64,000 bases of DNA from assembly GCA_902800025.1 (NCBI GenBank), contig CADCDA010000004.1, forward strand, positions 51,365 through 115,364. Reading direction: 5' to 3'. The position numbers were made by a program, and so were the translations under genes. The notes beneath the pieces are model-generated. The model saw only the letters and a program-made list of their open reading frames with translations. It searched no databases and had not been told where the DNA came from. Shown here piece by piece: positions 39,526-48,908 of the stretch. Origin of the DNA: an uncultured Erysipelotrichaceae bacterium (GTDB taxonomy: Bacteria; Bacillota_I; Bacilli_A; RFN20; CAG-826). Each line of letters opens with the position of its first letter. Within the stretch, counting starts at the first letter, position 1.

Positions 39526-41082
39526 ATGGAAAATAATAGCCCACTTATCTTGACGATTGATTTTGGTACTCAATCATTAAGAACCGCTCTTGTTAATAAG
39601 CAAGGCGTCATTGAAGCACTTGTTAAAAGAAAATATGATCCACCATACTTTTCTAAAGAAAAAGGATATGCAGAACAAGATCCTGACTTTTACTATGACA
39701 ACCTTATTGTGTGTTTAAAAGAACTTGTCAGTGAGAATCAAGACAAGCTTAATAGAATCAAAGGTTCCACTATTGCGACCTTTAGAGATTCATCAGTTCA
39801 ATTAGACGAAGATCTTAAACCAGTAAGAAATTCAATTCTTTGGTTAGACCAACGCATGGCGAAGGCTTCTGAACATTATCCAACACTTTATCGATTAATT
39901 TTTAGACTCGTTGGAATGGGAGAAACCATTAAACTTAATCGAAGCCGCACAATGGCGCATTGGATTAAAGAAAACGAACCAGAAAATTGGGCTAAAACAC
40001 ATAAATACGTCAACATCTCAACTTATTTATCTTATAAATTAACCAATCAACTTACCGATAGCGCTGCAAGTTTAACTGGCCATTATCCAATCGATTTCAA
40101 ACATCGTAAATGGTACGGCGAAAACGCTCTTAAGGGAGTTATCTTTGGTATTCCAAAGAAAATGCTTTTTGACTTAAAACAACCAGGAGAAGTTTTAGGA
40201 GAAATTTCTAGAGAAATTTGTAAGAAAACAGGACTCCCACAAGGAATTAGACTTTACGCTTCAGGAAGTGATAAAGCTTGTGAAACAATTGGCTTAGGTG
40301 CACTAGATAAAACTATTGGTGCTATTTCATATGGAACAGCATCCACAATCGAAGTTAGTAATAAAAAATATCATGAACCAGAACCGTTCTTACCAGCCTA
40401 TCCAGCTGCAGTTCCTGGATGGTACAACATGGAAGTTCAAGTATATAGAGGATATTGGATGCTTTCTTGGTTTAGTAAGAACTTCGCATCAGAGTTAATT
40501 GATGAATCCAGAATTCAATCGATGGCGGTTGAAGAAATTCTTAATAAAAGATTAAGCAACATTCCACCAGGAAGTGATGGATTAGTCCTTCAGCCATATT
40601 GGGGACCAGGCTTAAGAAGGCCTCTTGCTAAGGGTGGAATTATCGGATTTAGTGATATTCATACGAGAGAGCATTTATATAGAGCGATTATTGAAGGTAT
40701 TGCGTACGCTTTAAAAGAAGGTCTTGAATCTATCGAAAAGAGTCAAAGATGCAAAGTTAAAGAATTACGTATTTCTGGAGGTGGATCACAAAGTGATGCA
40801 ATCTGCCAAATTACTGCGGATATCTTCAACCTTCCTGTTAGTAGAGTTCAAACATATGAAACTACATCGTTAGGCGCTGCGATTGCAACATTTGTCGCAA
40901 TTGGTGAATATAAGACTGTTGAAGAAGCGATGGCTGCGATGAGCCATAAAACTCAAACATTTGTTCCTAATAAAGACGCGGTTTCACAATATGAGGATTT
41001 ATATCGTAAGGTATATTTAAAGATGTATCCTCAACTCAAAGATGTCTATCGCGATCTTAATAAATTTACGAAGCGTTACTAA
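39526..41082 (+). CDS. FGGY-family carbohydrate kinase
   Basis: 518 aa. N-terminus LTIDFGTQSLRTALV and the C-terminal FGGY_C motif ISGGGSQSDAICQITADIFNLPV. Confidence 0.8.
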   Translation: MENNSPLILTIDFGTQSLRTALVNKQGVIEALVKRKYDPPYFSKEKGYAEQDPDFYYDNLIVCLKELVSENQDKLNRIKGSTIATFRDSSVQLDEDLKPVRNSILWLDQRMAKASEHYPTLYRLIFRLVGMGETIKLNRSRTMAHWIKENEPENWAKTHKYVNISTYLSYKLTNQLTDSAASLTGHYPIDFKHRKWYGENALKGVIFGIPKKMLFDLKQPGEVLGEISREICKKTGLPQGIRLYASGSDKACETIGLGALDKTIGAISYGTASTIEVSNKKYHEPEPFLPAYPAAVPGWYNMEVQVYRGYWMLSWFSKNFASELIDESRIQSMAVEEILNKRLSNIPPGSDGLVLQPYWGPGLRRPLAKGGIIGFSDIHTREHLYRAIIEGIAYALKEGLESIEKSQRCKVKELRISGGGSQSDAICQITADIFNLPVSRVQTYETTSLGAAIATFVAIGEYKTVEEAMAAMSHKTQTFVPNKDAVSQYEDLYRKVYLKMYPQLKDVYRDLNKFTKRY

Positions 41083-41089
41083 TAAAAAG

Positions 41090-41116
41090 AAGCGGAAACC
41101 TACTTAGGAATCCGCT
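41090..41116. terminator. Bidirectional terminator between convergent genes
   Basis: Hairpin aagcgga-aacctacttagga-atccgctt followed by TTTTC. It overlaps the stop of the minus-strand gene. Confidence 0.5.
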
Positions 41117-41667
41117 TTTTCTTCACTATTTTCCACTACTTTCTTTTCTCTTAGTAAGACGAATTTTTGTAATGGGAACAGCGTAATCATTTGAATTGTT
41201 CCAGCAACCATTGAAGCAATAGTTGGTGCGATGACTTCAGCGTTTACTGACACTAATGCATTAGCAACCAATCCTTGAAGCCAAGTTGTAAAGACAATTA
41301 ATAGGAATAACGCAACAATATAGATTATATAATGCCATATTGGAGCGTCGCTTTTAAAAGTTTTACTTTTATTTAAGAAATATCCGACTGTATTAGCGAT
41401 AAAGTTTGATAGGAAGAAAGGAAGGACATATCCCCAATTTGAATGACCGCTTCCCATAGTTTGTTCAGAGAACACACTCCCCAAAAAGCCTGGAAGAGGT
41501 TCTTTCCAATCTTTCATAAAGAAATATAACAAATTCACTAAGGCTAATTGGATGATAGTTACAAGTAAACTAACAACGACAAATTTAATAATTTGCCAAA
41601 TTGTTTTCTTGCCACCTTTTTCAGCTTTATTATCAGTTTTATTAATCCAGTCGTTAAACTTTGACAT
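41104..41667 (-). CDS. GtrA-like small membrane protein (tentative)
   Basis: 187 aa with 4 TM segments. The N-terminal region IIKFVVVSLLVTIIQLALVNLLYF loosely resembles the GtrA family. The assignment is weak. Confidence 0.4.
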   Translation of the reverse strand: MSKFNDWINKTDNKAEKGGKKTIWQIIKFVVVSLLVTIIQLALVNLLYFFMKDWKEPLPGFLGSVFSEQTMGSGHSNWGYVLPFFLSNFIANTVGYFLNKSKTFKSDAPIWHYIIYIVALFLLIVFTTWLQGLVANALVSVNAEVIAPTIASMVAGTIQMITLFPLQKFVLLREKKVVENSEEKADS

Positions 41668-41672
41668 ATCGA

Positions 41673-43655
41673 CTATTCAAGTTCAAACGCTCCGGTGTAT
41701 AAGTTATAATACACACCTTTTTGAGCGATTAAATCATCATGTGTTCCTCTTTCAATGATGTGACCATGGTCCAAGACCATAATGGCGTTACTATTTTGAA
41801 CAGTAGATAGTCTATGAGCAATAACAAAGACAGTTCTTCCTTCCATCAATTGATCTGTGCCTTGTTGAACAAGCTTCTCGGTACGAGTATCGATGGATGA
41901 AGTTGCTTCATCAAGAATCATCACAGGTGCGTCTGCAACTGCGGCACGTGCAATGGATAATAATTGTCTTTGTCCTTGAGACAAATTAGCTCCATCACCG
42001 CTTAACATTGTGTTATATCCCTCTGGTAAACGTGTAATGAAATCATGTGCGTTAGCAATCTTAGCGGCTTTAATACACTCTTCATCTGTCGCATCTAATC
42101 GACCATAACGAATATTGTCCATTACTGTACCAGTAAAGAGATTAACATCTTGTAAAACAATACCTAGTGATTTTCTTAAATCAGCTTTTTTAATTTTGTT
42201 AATATTGATTCCATCATATCTGATCTTTCCGTCAGCGATATCATAGAATCTATTAATTAAGTTAGTAATTGTGGTCTTTCCTGCACCTGTAGCGCCTACA
42301 AATGCGATTTTTTGACCTGGGTGTGCGTATATAGAAACGTCTTCAAGCACCAATCTATTTCCATCATATGAAAAGTCAACTTGATCAAGGACAATATCAC
42401 CTTTTAATGGTTTATATTCTAATTCGCCATTTTTGTGTTGATGTTTCCAAGCATAATCACGGGTGTGCTCTTCGGTTTCTTCGAAGGTTCCATCTTCGTT
42501 ATACTTTACGTTACATAAGTATACGTAACCATCGTCAGTTTCTGGCTTTTCATCCATTAAATCTAAGCAACGAGATGCGCCCGCCATACCCATAACGATA
42601 AAGATGAGTTGCTGTGAGAATTGGTTAACATTATTAGCAAACATTCTACTCATCATTAAGAAGAGAGCAATCATACCTGCGAATTGATCTAAGTTAGTGA
42701 TTGGAGCATATCCACTTAAGGAGAGATTCTTCCAACCAAATGCGAAGATTAAAGCGCCCATAATTCCACATAAAATATATAGGAAGTTGCCTATATTGCC
42801 CATAACAGGCATCATAATGTTGCCGTGGATATTAGCGTTTGTTGCATAGTGACGGAGTTCATCGTTTAACTTATCAAATTCCTCACAACTCTTTTCTTCG
42901 TGAGTAAATACTTTGATAACTTTTAATCCTTGAATTGATTCTTCAATATCACCTTCGACCTTACCTAATGCGGCTTGTTGTTTAATAAAGTATTTAGAAG
43001 ATTTTCCTCCAACACCTTTAACAACGCCCATCATGATAAAGAATCCAACAACGATGACTAAAGTCATCCACACAGATGTTGATAGCATAATGAAGAAGAC
43101 AAAGATGGAGACCAACCCTGTTTGAATTAAGCTTGGTAAGGCTTGTGAAATAAATTGTCTAATTGTATCAATATCATTTGTGTACAAAGACATGATTGAT
43201 CCGTGAGCGTGGGTATCAAAATATTTAATTGGTAAATCTTGCATGTGGTCGAACATACGTTTACGGAAGTCATTCATAAATGATTGAGTGACAATCGCCA
43301 TGGTTCTGTTCCAACCCCAGCTTGCAAAAATGCCAACGAAATAGATACACCCTAATATAATTAGGAGACTTGTGATATTTGTATGCATTGTAAACCCAAA
43401 TGTTGAAACAACATCATAAGTATCAACAAATGGATTAACAGGTGTGCCTGCATATGTCATTTCTCCTGACGCCACTAAAGCGTTTGTTGTTAATGAGACA
43501 AAAATAGAAGACGAAATATTACCAAAGACATTAAATACTAAGCAAACTAATACTAATACTAAATGCCATGGATATAATTTGAATAATTGTTTAAGGAGAC
43601 GTTTCATAGTGCCTTTTTTGGCCCTACCTCTTTCTCTAATACGGACTGGTGGCAT
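41673..43655 (-). CDS. ABC exporter permease/ATPase half-transporter (BmrD/YheH-like, consensus catalytic site)
   Basis: 660 aa. Six-TM domain, Walker A GATGAGKTT, signature LSQGQRQ, and Walker B MILDEATSSID. Confidence 0.9.
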   Translation of the reverse strand: MPPVRIRERGRAKKGTMKRLLKQLFKLYPWHLVLVLVCLVFNVFGNISSSIFVSLTTNALVASGEMTYAGTPVNPFVDTYDVVSTFGFTMHTNITSLLIILGCIYFVGIFASWGWNRTMAIVTQSFMNDFRKRMFDHMQDLPIKYFDTHAHGSIMSLYTNDIDTIRQFISQALPSLIQTGLVSIFVFFIMLSTSVWMTLVIVVGFFIMMGVVKGVGGKSSKYFIKQQAALGKVEGDIEESIQGLKVIKVFTHEEKSCEEFDKLNDELRHYATNANIHGNIMMPVMGNIGNFLYILCGIMGALIFAFGWKNLSLSGYAPITNLDQFAGMIALFLMMSRMFANNVNQFSQQLIFIVMGMAGASRCLDLMDEKPETDDGYVYLCNVKYNEDGTFEETEEHTRDYAWKHQHKNGELEYKPLKGDIVLDQVDFSYDGNRLVLEDVSIYAHPGQKIAFVGATGAGKTTITNLINRFYDIADGKIRYDGININKIKKADLRKSLGIVLQDVNLFTGTVMDNIRYGRLDATDEECIKAAKIANAHDFITRLPEGYNTMLSGDGANLSQGQRQLLSIARAAVADAPVMILDEATSSIDTRTEKLVQQGTDQLMEGRTVFVIAHRLSTVQNSNAIMVLDHGHIIERGTHDDLIAQKGVYYNLYTGAFELE

Positions 43656-45487
43656 TATTTATCACCTCCTACTCTATTTTGCGTGTAGTAGACTTCTTGA
43701 TAAATCTTATTAGATTTCAATAATTCTTCGTGTGTGCCTATCGCGTTGATTTGACCGTTATCCATAATGATGATTTGATCTGCATCTTCAATAGAACTAA
43801 TACGTTGTGCAATAACGATTTTGGTCATGTTTGGAAGGTCTTCTTTAAGGCCTTTACGAATTAACCTATCAGTTTTAGTATCAACAGCGCTTGTTGAGTC
43901 GTCTAAAATCATAATTTTTGGGTTCTTTAAAATCGCTCTAGCAATACAAAGTCTTTGTTTTTGACCGCCAGAGAAATTAGCACCACCTTGTTCGACTCTA
44001 CTTTGAAGGAGTTCTGGTTTGGCTCTTACGATTTCTTCAGCTTGAGCAATTCTACACGCTTTCCACATTTCATCTTCCGTGGCGTTGAGATTTCCCCATT
44101 TCAAATTGCTTTCAATGGTGCCACTAAATAAGACGTTCTTTTGTAAAACCACAGCGACATTATTTCTTAAAGTTTCGAGGTCATATTCTTTGACATTATG
44201 ATCGGCCACTAAAACCTCTCCTTCAGTCACATCATATAGTCTCGAGATGAGATTAATGACCGAAGTCTTACCAGAACCGGTTGAACCTAAAATTCCTACA
44301 AATTGACCGCTTTTGATATGAATATTGATATTATTTAAGGCATTTCGCTCAGAATTTTTCTTATATTTGAAGTTAACATTATTGAAATCGACGTCACCGT
44401 TAGCAACTTCAAAGATTGGATTTTCTGGGTTCTCAATCGTTGGTTCTTCTTTGAGAACTTCAGCGATACGTTTGATGGATTCGATTGATAAAGTAATCAT
44501 GACCATAATCATGGAAATCATCATTAGAGACATCAAAATTTGAATGCCATAAGTGATGAGAGCAGACATTTGTCCGATTGTTAATTGACCACCGATAAAG
44601 TCACCAACTTCTTTGCCTGTTTCAGAGTCAACCCACTTTGTATATGTGCCTGTTGTGTAAATAATATATGAACCTAATCCGATGATTAATAAGTTAGAAA
44701 CATGAATCGCTGTATTGAGTAATGGGTTATTAAGAGCGACGATTTTTTCACCTTTAACGAACTCGGTTGTGATTGAATCACTGGCGTTATTAAATTTATC
44801 CTTCTCAAAGTCTTCTCTAACATATGATTTAACCACTCTAATTCCAGAGACATTTTCTTGAATTGATTCATTGAGTTTATCATAACGTTTAAAGACTTTT
44901 GTAAAGACCGCCATCGCGTGTTTAATGATTAAGAATAAGCCGAAAGAAACGATTGGGATTAATCCAATAAAGATAAAGCCCATTAGTCCACCACCGACGA
45001 ATGTCATGACAGCGGAGAATATTAACATTAATGGTGCCCTAACAACGATACGAATCATCATTTGGAACGCCATTTGGACGTTATTGATATCTGTTGTCAT
45101 TCTTGTTACAAGTGATGACGCAGAGAAACGATCAATATTTTCAAATGAGAAGCTTGTTAATTTCTTATATAAATCGCTTCTTAAGTTAGCGGCTAATCCT
45201 ACAGATGCGATTGAGGCAAACTTACCTCCATAGATTCCACATAGTAATGAAACAATCGCCATTCCTAAAAGAATTAACGCTAAATAGAAGACTGGAATAC
45301 CATTTGGTCCACTTGCAAAAAAATCGTTTGGGGTGGTGATGACTTTAATTCCATCAACAAACATACCCATAATAAATGGCATTGCACATTCCATACCAGC
45401 TTCGCCAACCATAAATAAAGGAGTTATTAAAGCGGGTTTCTTATATTGCCTAACACTTTTTAGTATTAATTTTATGTTTTCAATCAT
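43655..45487 (-). CDS. ABC exporter permease/ATPase half-transporter (BmrC/YheI-like, degenerate catalytic site)
   Basis: 610 aa. Walker A GSTGSGKTS, signature FSGGQKQ, and Walker B MILDDSTSAVD (Asp replaces the catalytic Glu). This is typical of heterodimeric exporters. Confidence 0.9.
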   Translation of the reverse strand: MIENIKLILKSVRQYKKPALITPLFMVGEAGMECAMPFIMGMFVDGIKVITTPNDFFASGPNGIPVFYLALILLGMAIVSLLCGIYGGKFASIASVGLAANLRSDLYKKLTSFSFENIDRFSASSLVTRMTTDINNVQMAFQMMIRIVVRAPLMLIFSAVMTFVGGGLMGFIFIGLIPIVSFGLFLIIKHAMAVFTKVFKRYDKLNESIQENVSGIRVVKSYVREDFEKDKFNNASDSITTEFVKGEKIVALNNPLLNTAIHVSNLLIIGLGSYIIYTTGTYTKWVDSETGKEVGDFIGGQLTIGQMSALITYGIQILMSLMMISMIMVMITLSIESIKRIAEVLKEEPTIENPENPIFEVANGDVDFNNVNFKYKKNSERNALNNINIHIKSGQFVGILGSTGSGKTSVINLISRLYDVTEGEVLVADHNVKEYDLETLRNNVAVVLQKNVLFSGTIESNLKWGNLNATEDEMWKACRIAQAEEIVRAKPELLQSRVEQGGANFSGGQKQRLCIARAILKNPKIMILDDSTSAVDTKTDRLIRKGLKEDLPNMTKIVIAQRISSIEDADQIIIMDNGQINAIGTHEELLKSNKIYQEVYYTQNRVGGDK

Positions 45488-45499
45488 ATTGTTCCTCCT

Positions 45500-46093
45500 T
45501 TACTTGTATAACATTCGCATAATTATGTCGCTGTTTGGACATCTGAATCTTTTATATCCTATATGAATTCGCGTATAGGCTAATCCTTTTATTGTAGATA
45601 ACAGGCTAATTGCTAATTCTTCAGGAATATGGGAGTTGAAGTCGCCTTCTTCTTGTCCTCTTTTAATTAAGCTCAACAGTTCATTGAATGACTGTGTCTT
45701 TTCATTTCCTTTAACAAACAAATTCTTTTGAAGATGGATATTTAAGTATAAATATATAATCCAAGAGTTTTTATCATCAACTGATTTGATCTTTTTTAAA
45801 GCAGCCACCAAAACATCGTGCAGAACAAACTTGGATTTTTGATTGAAATCTATTTCTTTGATCATATTTGCCATGTAAGGAACAACGATATTGTTTATTG
45901 TGGCCAGGTATAATTCGTCTTTCCCTTTGAAATAATGATATAAAAGGCCATGTGAACAATTCGCGTCTTTAGTGACTTCGTCTAAATTGACAGCGTCATA
46001 TCCTTTCATCACAAAATGATACAAAGCGCTTTGTAGTATTTGGTTAATTCTTTCGTTTCTAATTTGTTCGAATTGTTCTTTTGTTTTTGGCAT
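45500..46093 (-). CDS. TetR-family transcriptional regulator
   Basis: 197 aa. N-terminal HTH GYDAVNLDEVTKDANCSHGLLYHYFKGKDELY. It lies directly upstream of the ABC exporter pair. Confidence 0.8.
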   Translation of the reverse strand: MPKTKEQFEQIRNERINQILQSALYHFVMKGYDAVNLDEVTKDANCSHGLLYHYFKGKDELYLATINNIVVPYMANMIKEIDFNQKSKFVLHDVLVAALKKIKSVDDKNSWIIYLYLNIHLQKNLFVKGNEKTQSFNELLSLIKRGQEEGDFNSHIPEELAISLLSTIKGLAYTRIHIGYKRFRCPNSDIIMRMLYK

Positions 46094-46103
46094 AACTTTA
46101 TTG

Positions 46104-46158
46104 ATTGACTACAGCGTCAATGAAAATTGTATATTTTTTTATTTCCATTTTCAATGGA
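46104..46158. promoter_or_regulatory. Two perfect 6-bp inverted repeats in the tetR / ATP-grasp divergent spacer (candidate operators)
   Basis: ATTGAC-tacagc-GTCAAT at 46104-46121 and TCCATT-ttc-AATGGA at 46144-46158. Confidence 0.3.
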
Positions 46159-46231
46159 TAAAAATAAAATATTTAAAGGCCTTAGTTTGCTTTTCTTAAC
46201 AAGAAAGGACAACTATTGTAAAATAATCAAT

Positions 46232-47521
46232 ATGAAAAACTTTGTACTTATTTCACCTAATTTTCCAGAAACATACTATCAGTTCGCAGTTTCGTTACGT
46301 AATGTCGGGTTTAGAGTATTAGGAATTGGTGACCAACCTTATGATGAATTAAAGCCAGAGCTCAGAGAAGCACTTCACGAATATTATAAAGTTAATGTGA
46401 TGGATAACTTCGACGAAGAGAAAGAAGCTGTGGGTTATTTTGAAAGAAAATACGGACACATTGATTTTCTTGAAAGTAACAACGAGTATTGGCTAAGAAA
46501 AGACGCTCGATTAAGAGATTTATTTATGATTGATACCGGCTTAAGAGAACACGAATTAGACACTTATCAACGTAAATCGATGATGAAAGCGTGTTTTGAA
46601 AAAGCAGGAGTTAAAGTCGCTCCATATATTTTAGTGAGCGATTTTGAATCACTAGAAAAATTCGCTGAGAAAAATGGCTACCCACTATTTGTTAAGCCAG
46701 ATATTGGTGTCGGAGCTGAAGAAAGCTTTAAAATCAGCAATTTTGATGAATTAAAAGCGTTTTACGATAAAAAACCAGAAAATGTTCAATATATTTGCGA
46801 AATATTTGTCTCTGGTGACATTGTTACTTTTGATGGTATTGCTGATCAAAATAGCAATGTTGTTTTCATGGCTTCGCTTGAATGCCCACCATCAATTAGT
46901 GACGTCTTAATCATGGGCAAAGAGTTCTGCTATTATTCAAACCCATTTATTGATGAGAAGTTTGAAGAGATTGGAAGAAAAACGGTCAAAGCATTTGGAT
47001 TAAAAAAGAGATGTTTCCATATCGAGTTCTTTAGAGTTAATAAAAAGATTAAAGGATTTGTGGATGTTGGTGATATTGTTGGTTTGGAGGTTAACATTAG
47101 AACTCCAGGTGGATATAGCCCAGACATGCATAATTACGCTAATTCTGTGAACATGTATCAAATATATGCAGACACAATGGCGGATCTTCCACCACGTCCA
47201 ACATATCCATTTAAGTATTACTGTGCAACAGCCAGTAGAAGAGATAATGTTGAGTATTTCTATACAGACGATGATGTTAAACGCACATACGCCAATGAGC
47301 TCGTGGGTGCGGCTAGATACCCAGATGTTCTTTCGGGTGTTATGGGCAATAGATTCTTTATGGCCAAGTTTAATAACATCAAAGATGTCATGGTATTTAA
47401 TGAATATGTTAGTCGCAAAACAATGCCAGAAGAACCAAAAACAAGCAAAGGTTCAAGGTCGATGTTTAAGAAAGGTTCTTCTAAAGAAAACATTTGCGAC
47501 ACACATATCGATGGAGCGTAA
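46232..47521 (+). CDS. ATP-grasp domain carboxylate-amine ligase, substrate unknown
   Basis: I set the start at MKNFVLISPNF. It has a pre-ATP-grasp N-domain and a central ATP-grasp fold (KSMMKACFEKAGVKVAPY...YPLFVKPDIGVGAEESFKI...HIEFFRV...GLEVNIRTPGG). 429 aa. Confidence 0.75.
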   Translation: MKNFVLISPNFPETYYQFAVSLRNVGFRVLGIGDQPYDELKPELREALHEYYKVNVMDNFDEEKEAVGYFERKYGHIDFLESNNEYWLRKDARLRDLFMIDTGLREHELDTYQRKSMMKACFEKAGVKVAPYILVSDFESLEKFAEKNGYPLFVKPDIGVGAEESFKISNFDELKAFYDKKPENVQYICEIFVSGDIVTFDGIADQNSNVVFMASLECPPSISDVLIMGKEFCYYSNPFIDEKFEEIGRKTVKAFGLKKRCFHIEFFRVNKKIKGFVDVGDIVGLEVNIRTPGGYSPDMHNYANSVNMYQIYADTMADLPPRPTYPFKYYCATASRRDNVEYFYTDDDVKRTYANELVGAARYPDVLSGVMGNRFFMAKFNNIKDVMVFNEYVSRKTMPEEPKTSKGSRSMFKKGSSKENICDTHIDGA

Positions 47522-47523
47522 TA

Positions 47524-48030
47524 ATGGAGTATTTGCAATATACACCTGTTAAATGGGATAAAGCGTTTGCCTCTGAAAGAGACAATCTCCTTTTTTGCAT
47601 TCCAAATATCAAAATAAATGTTGAACATATTGGGGCGACATCTGTTCCAAATTGCCGTTCTTTTAGGAATGTTGATATTTTGGTGTCCGTACATAACTTT
47701 GTAGATATTTCCACCGTTGCGATGCTTTTACTTAGTAAAGAGTATAGAGAAATCAAAGAAATGAGCACCATCGATTGCGTTGTTTTAGTAAAAAAACAAA
47801 AAGTATATGGGTGTGGCATTACAGTCAGAGTTGTTGAATATGCTTCTATGATTTATAGAAGAATTATGGCGTTTAAGCAGATCCTTAGATCAAGTTTTGA
47901 TAGAGCGATTAAATATAATCAATTTAGAGAAACTTTGTTTGAACGTTATCACACAGATATTAATAAATATAACGAAGCGAAATATGACTATATAAATAGT
48001 CTTATTGATGAAAGATATAAATTTGAATAA
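47524..48030 (+). CDS. GrpB-family (UPF0157, nucleotidyltransferase-fold) protein
   Basis: The start is 2 nt after the preceding stop. VEHIGATSVPNCRSFRNVDILVSV and the C-terminal FKQILRSSFDRAIKYNQFRETL...Y pattern match GrpB. Confidence 0.7.
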   Translation: MEYLQYTPVKWDKAFASERDNLLFCIPNIKINVEHIGATSVPNCRSFRNVDILVSVHNFVDISTVAMLLLSKEYREIKEMSTIDCVVLVKKQKVYGCGITVRVVEYASMIYRRIMAFKQILRSSFDRAIKYNQFRETLFERYHTDINKYNEAKYDYINSLIDERYKFE

Positions 48031-48032
48031 AT

Positions 48033-48908
48033 ATGAATGGACTAATCATTACTAACCAAGACATTGGCCACAATGCTTATAAAATAAGAAGGTTTACCGA
48101 GGAAGGAAACAAACTCGGTATTTCTTTGTCTCATTATATTAATGATGGTTCGCTTGCTGTTATCAAAGATAACAATATTTCTACAAAACTACCTAAAGCA
48201 GACTTTGTCATCTATCTTGATAAAGATATTTACTTAGCGAGAATATTAGAAAAACAAGGATATCGTTTGTTTAATAAAGCAGACTTCATCAAAATGTGCG
48301 ATGACAAAACGCTTACGAATATCATGTGCGCTAATAACGACATCAAGATGCCCAAAACAATTCCAGGACCACTATTTTATTCTCCTAAACTTGTAGAAAG
48401 TAACCTCAATTTCCTTGATGACGTTATTAAAGAACTCGGTTTACCGCTTGTTTTGAAAAGAGTGTATGGGTCTTTAGGCTTAGGTGTTTATTTAGTTAAA
48501 ACCAAGGAAGAACTGATTGAGTTATATAAAGAAAACTGTCGACAACCGATTCAGTTCCAAGAATACATCGCTTCTAGTTTTGGTAAATCATTACGTGTTT
48601 TGGTTATTGACGGAAAAGTTGTTGGAGCGTTCCAAAGATTTAATGAAGAAGACTTTAGAAGTAACTTTGGTAAAACCGCGACAAGTAAAGAATATCCTTT
48701 AACAGGGAAATACTTAGAACTCGCTAACAAAATAACAAAGTTATTTGATATTGAATATGCTGGTATTGATCTCCTCTTTGGGGAGAACGACGAACCAGTA
48801 TTATGTGAGATTAATTCTAATGCCTTCTTTGAAGAATTTGAGAAGACCACAAAGATTAATGTTGCAAAACTATTTATGGAAATGGTTAAAAATAAGGTGA
48901 GCAAATAA
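48033..48908 (+). CDS. RimK-family ATP-grasp ligase (alpha-L-glutamate-ligase-like)
   Basis: 291 aa. Contains LPLVLKRVYGSLGLGVYLV, QFQEYIASSFGKSLRVLVIDGKVVGA and AGIDLLFGENDEPVLCEINSNAFF. The start is 2 nt after the GrpB stop. Confidence 0.75.
   Translation: MNGLIITNQDIGHNAYKIRRFTEEGNKLGISLSHYINDGSLAVIKDNNISTKLPKADFVIYLDKDIYLARILEKQGYRLFNKADFIKMCDDKTLTNIMCANNDIKMPKTIPGPLFYSPKLVESNLNFLDDVIKELGLPLVLKRVYGSLGLGVYLVKTKEELIELYKENCRQPIQFQEYIASSFGKSLRVLVIDGKVVGAFQRFNEEDFRSNFGKTATSKEYPLTGKYLELANKITKLFDIEYAGIDLLFGENDEPVLCEINSNAFFEEFEKTTKINVAKLFMEMVKNKVSK

Noticed and set aside
42400-42560. An ~40-aa insertion between the TM domain and the NBD of the 660-aa ABC half-transporter (…DDGYVYLCNVKYNEDGTFEETEEHTRDYAWKHQHKNGELEYKP…).
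   Set aside because: The longer subunit of BmrCD/YheIH-type heterodimeric exporters is also enlarged, so this is probably a family feature rather than a novelty.
47260-47819. Two overlapping minus-strand ORFs (144 and 112 aa) across the ATP-grasp/GrpB junction, and the plus-strand alternative frame 47166-47552.
   Set aside because: They overlap genes with clear family motifs on the plus strand, and they have no motifs or SD of their own.
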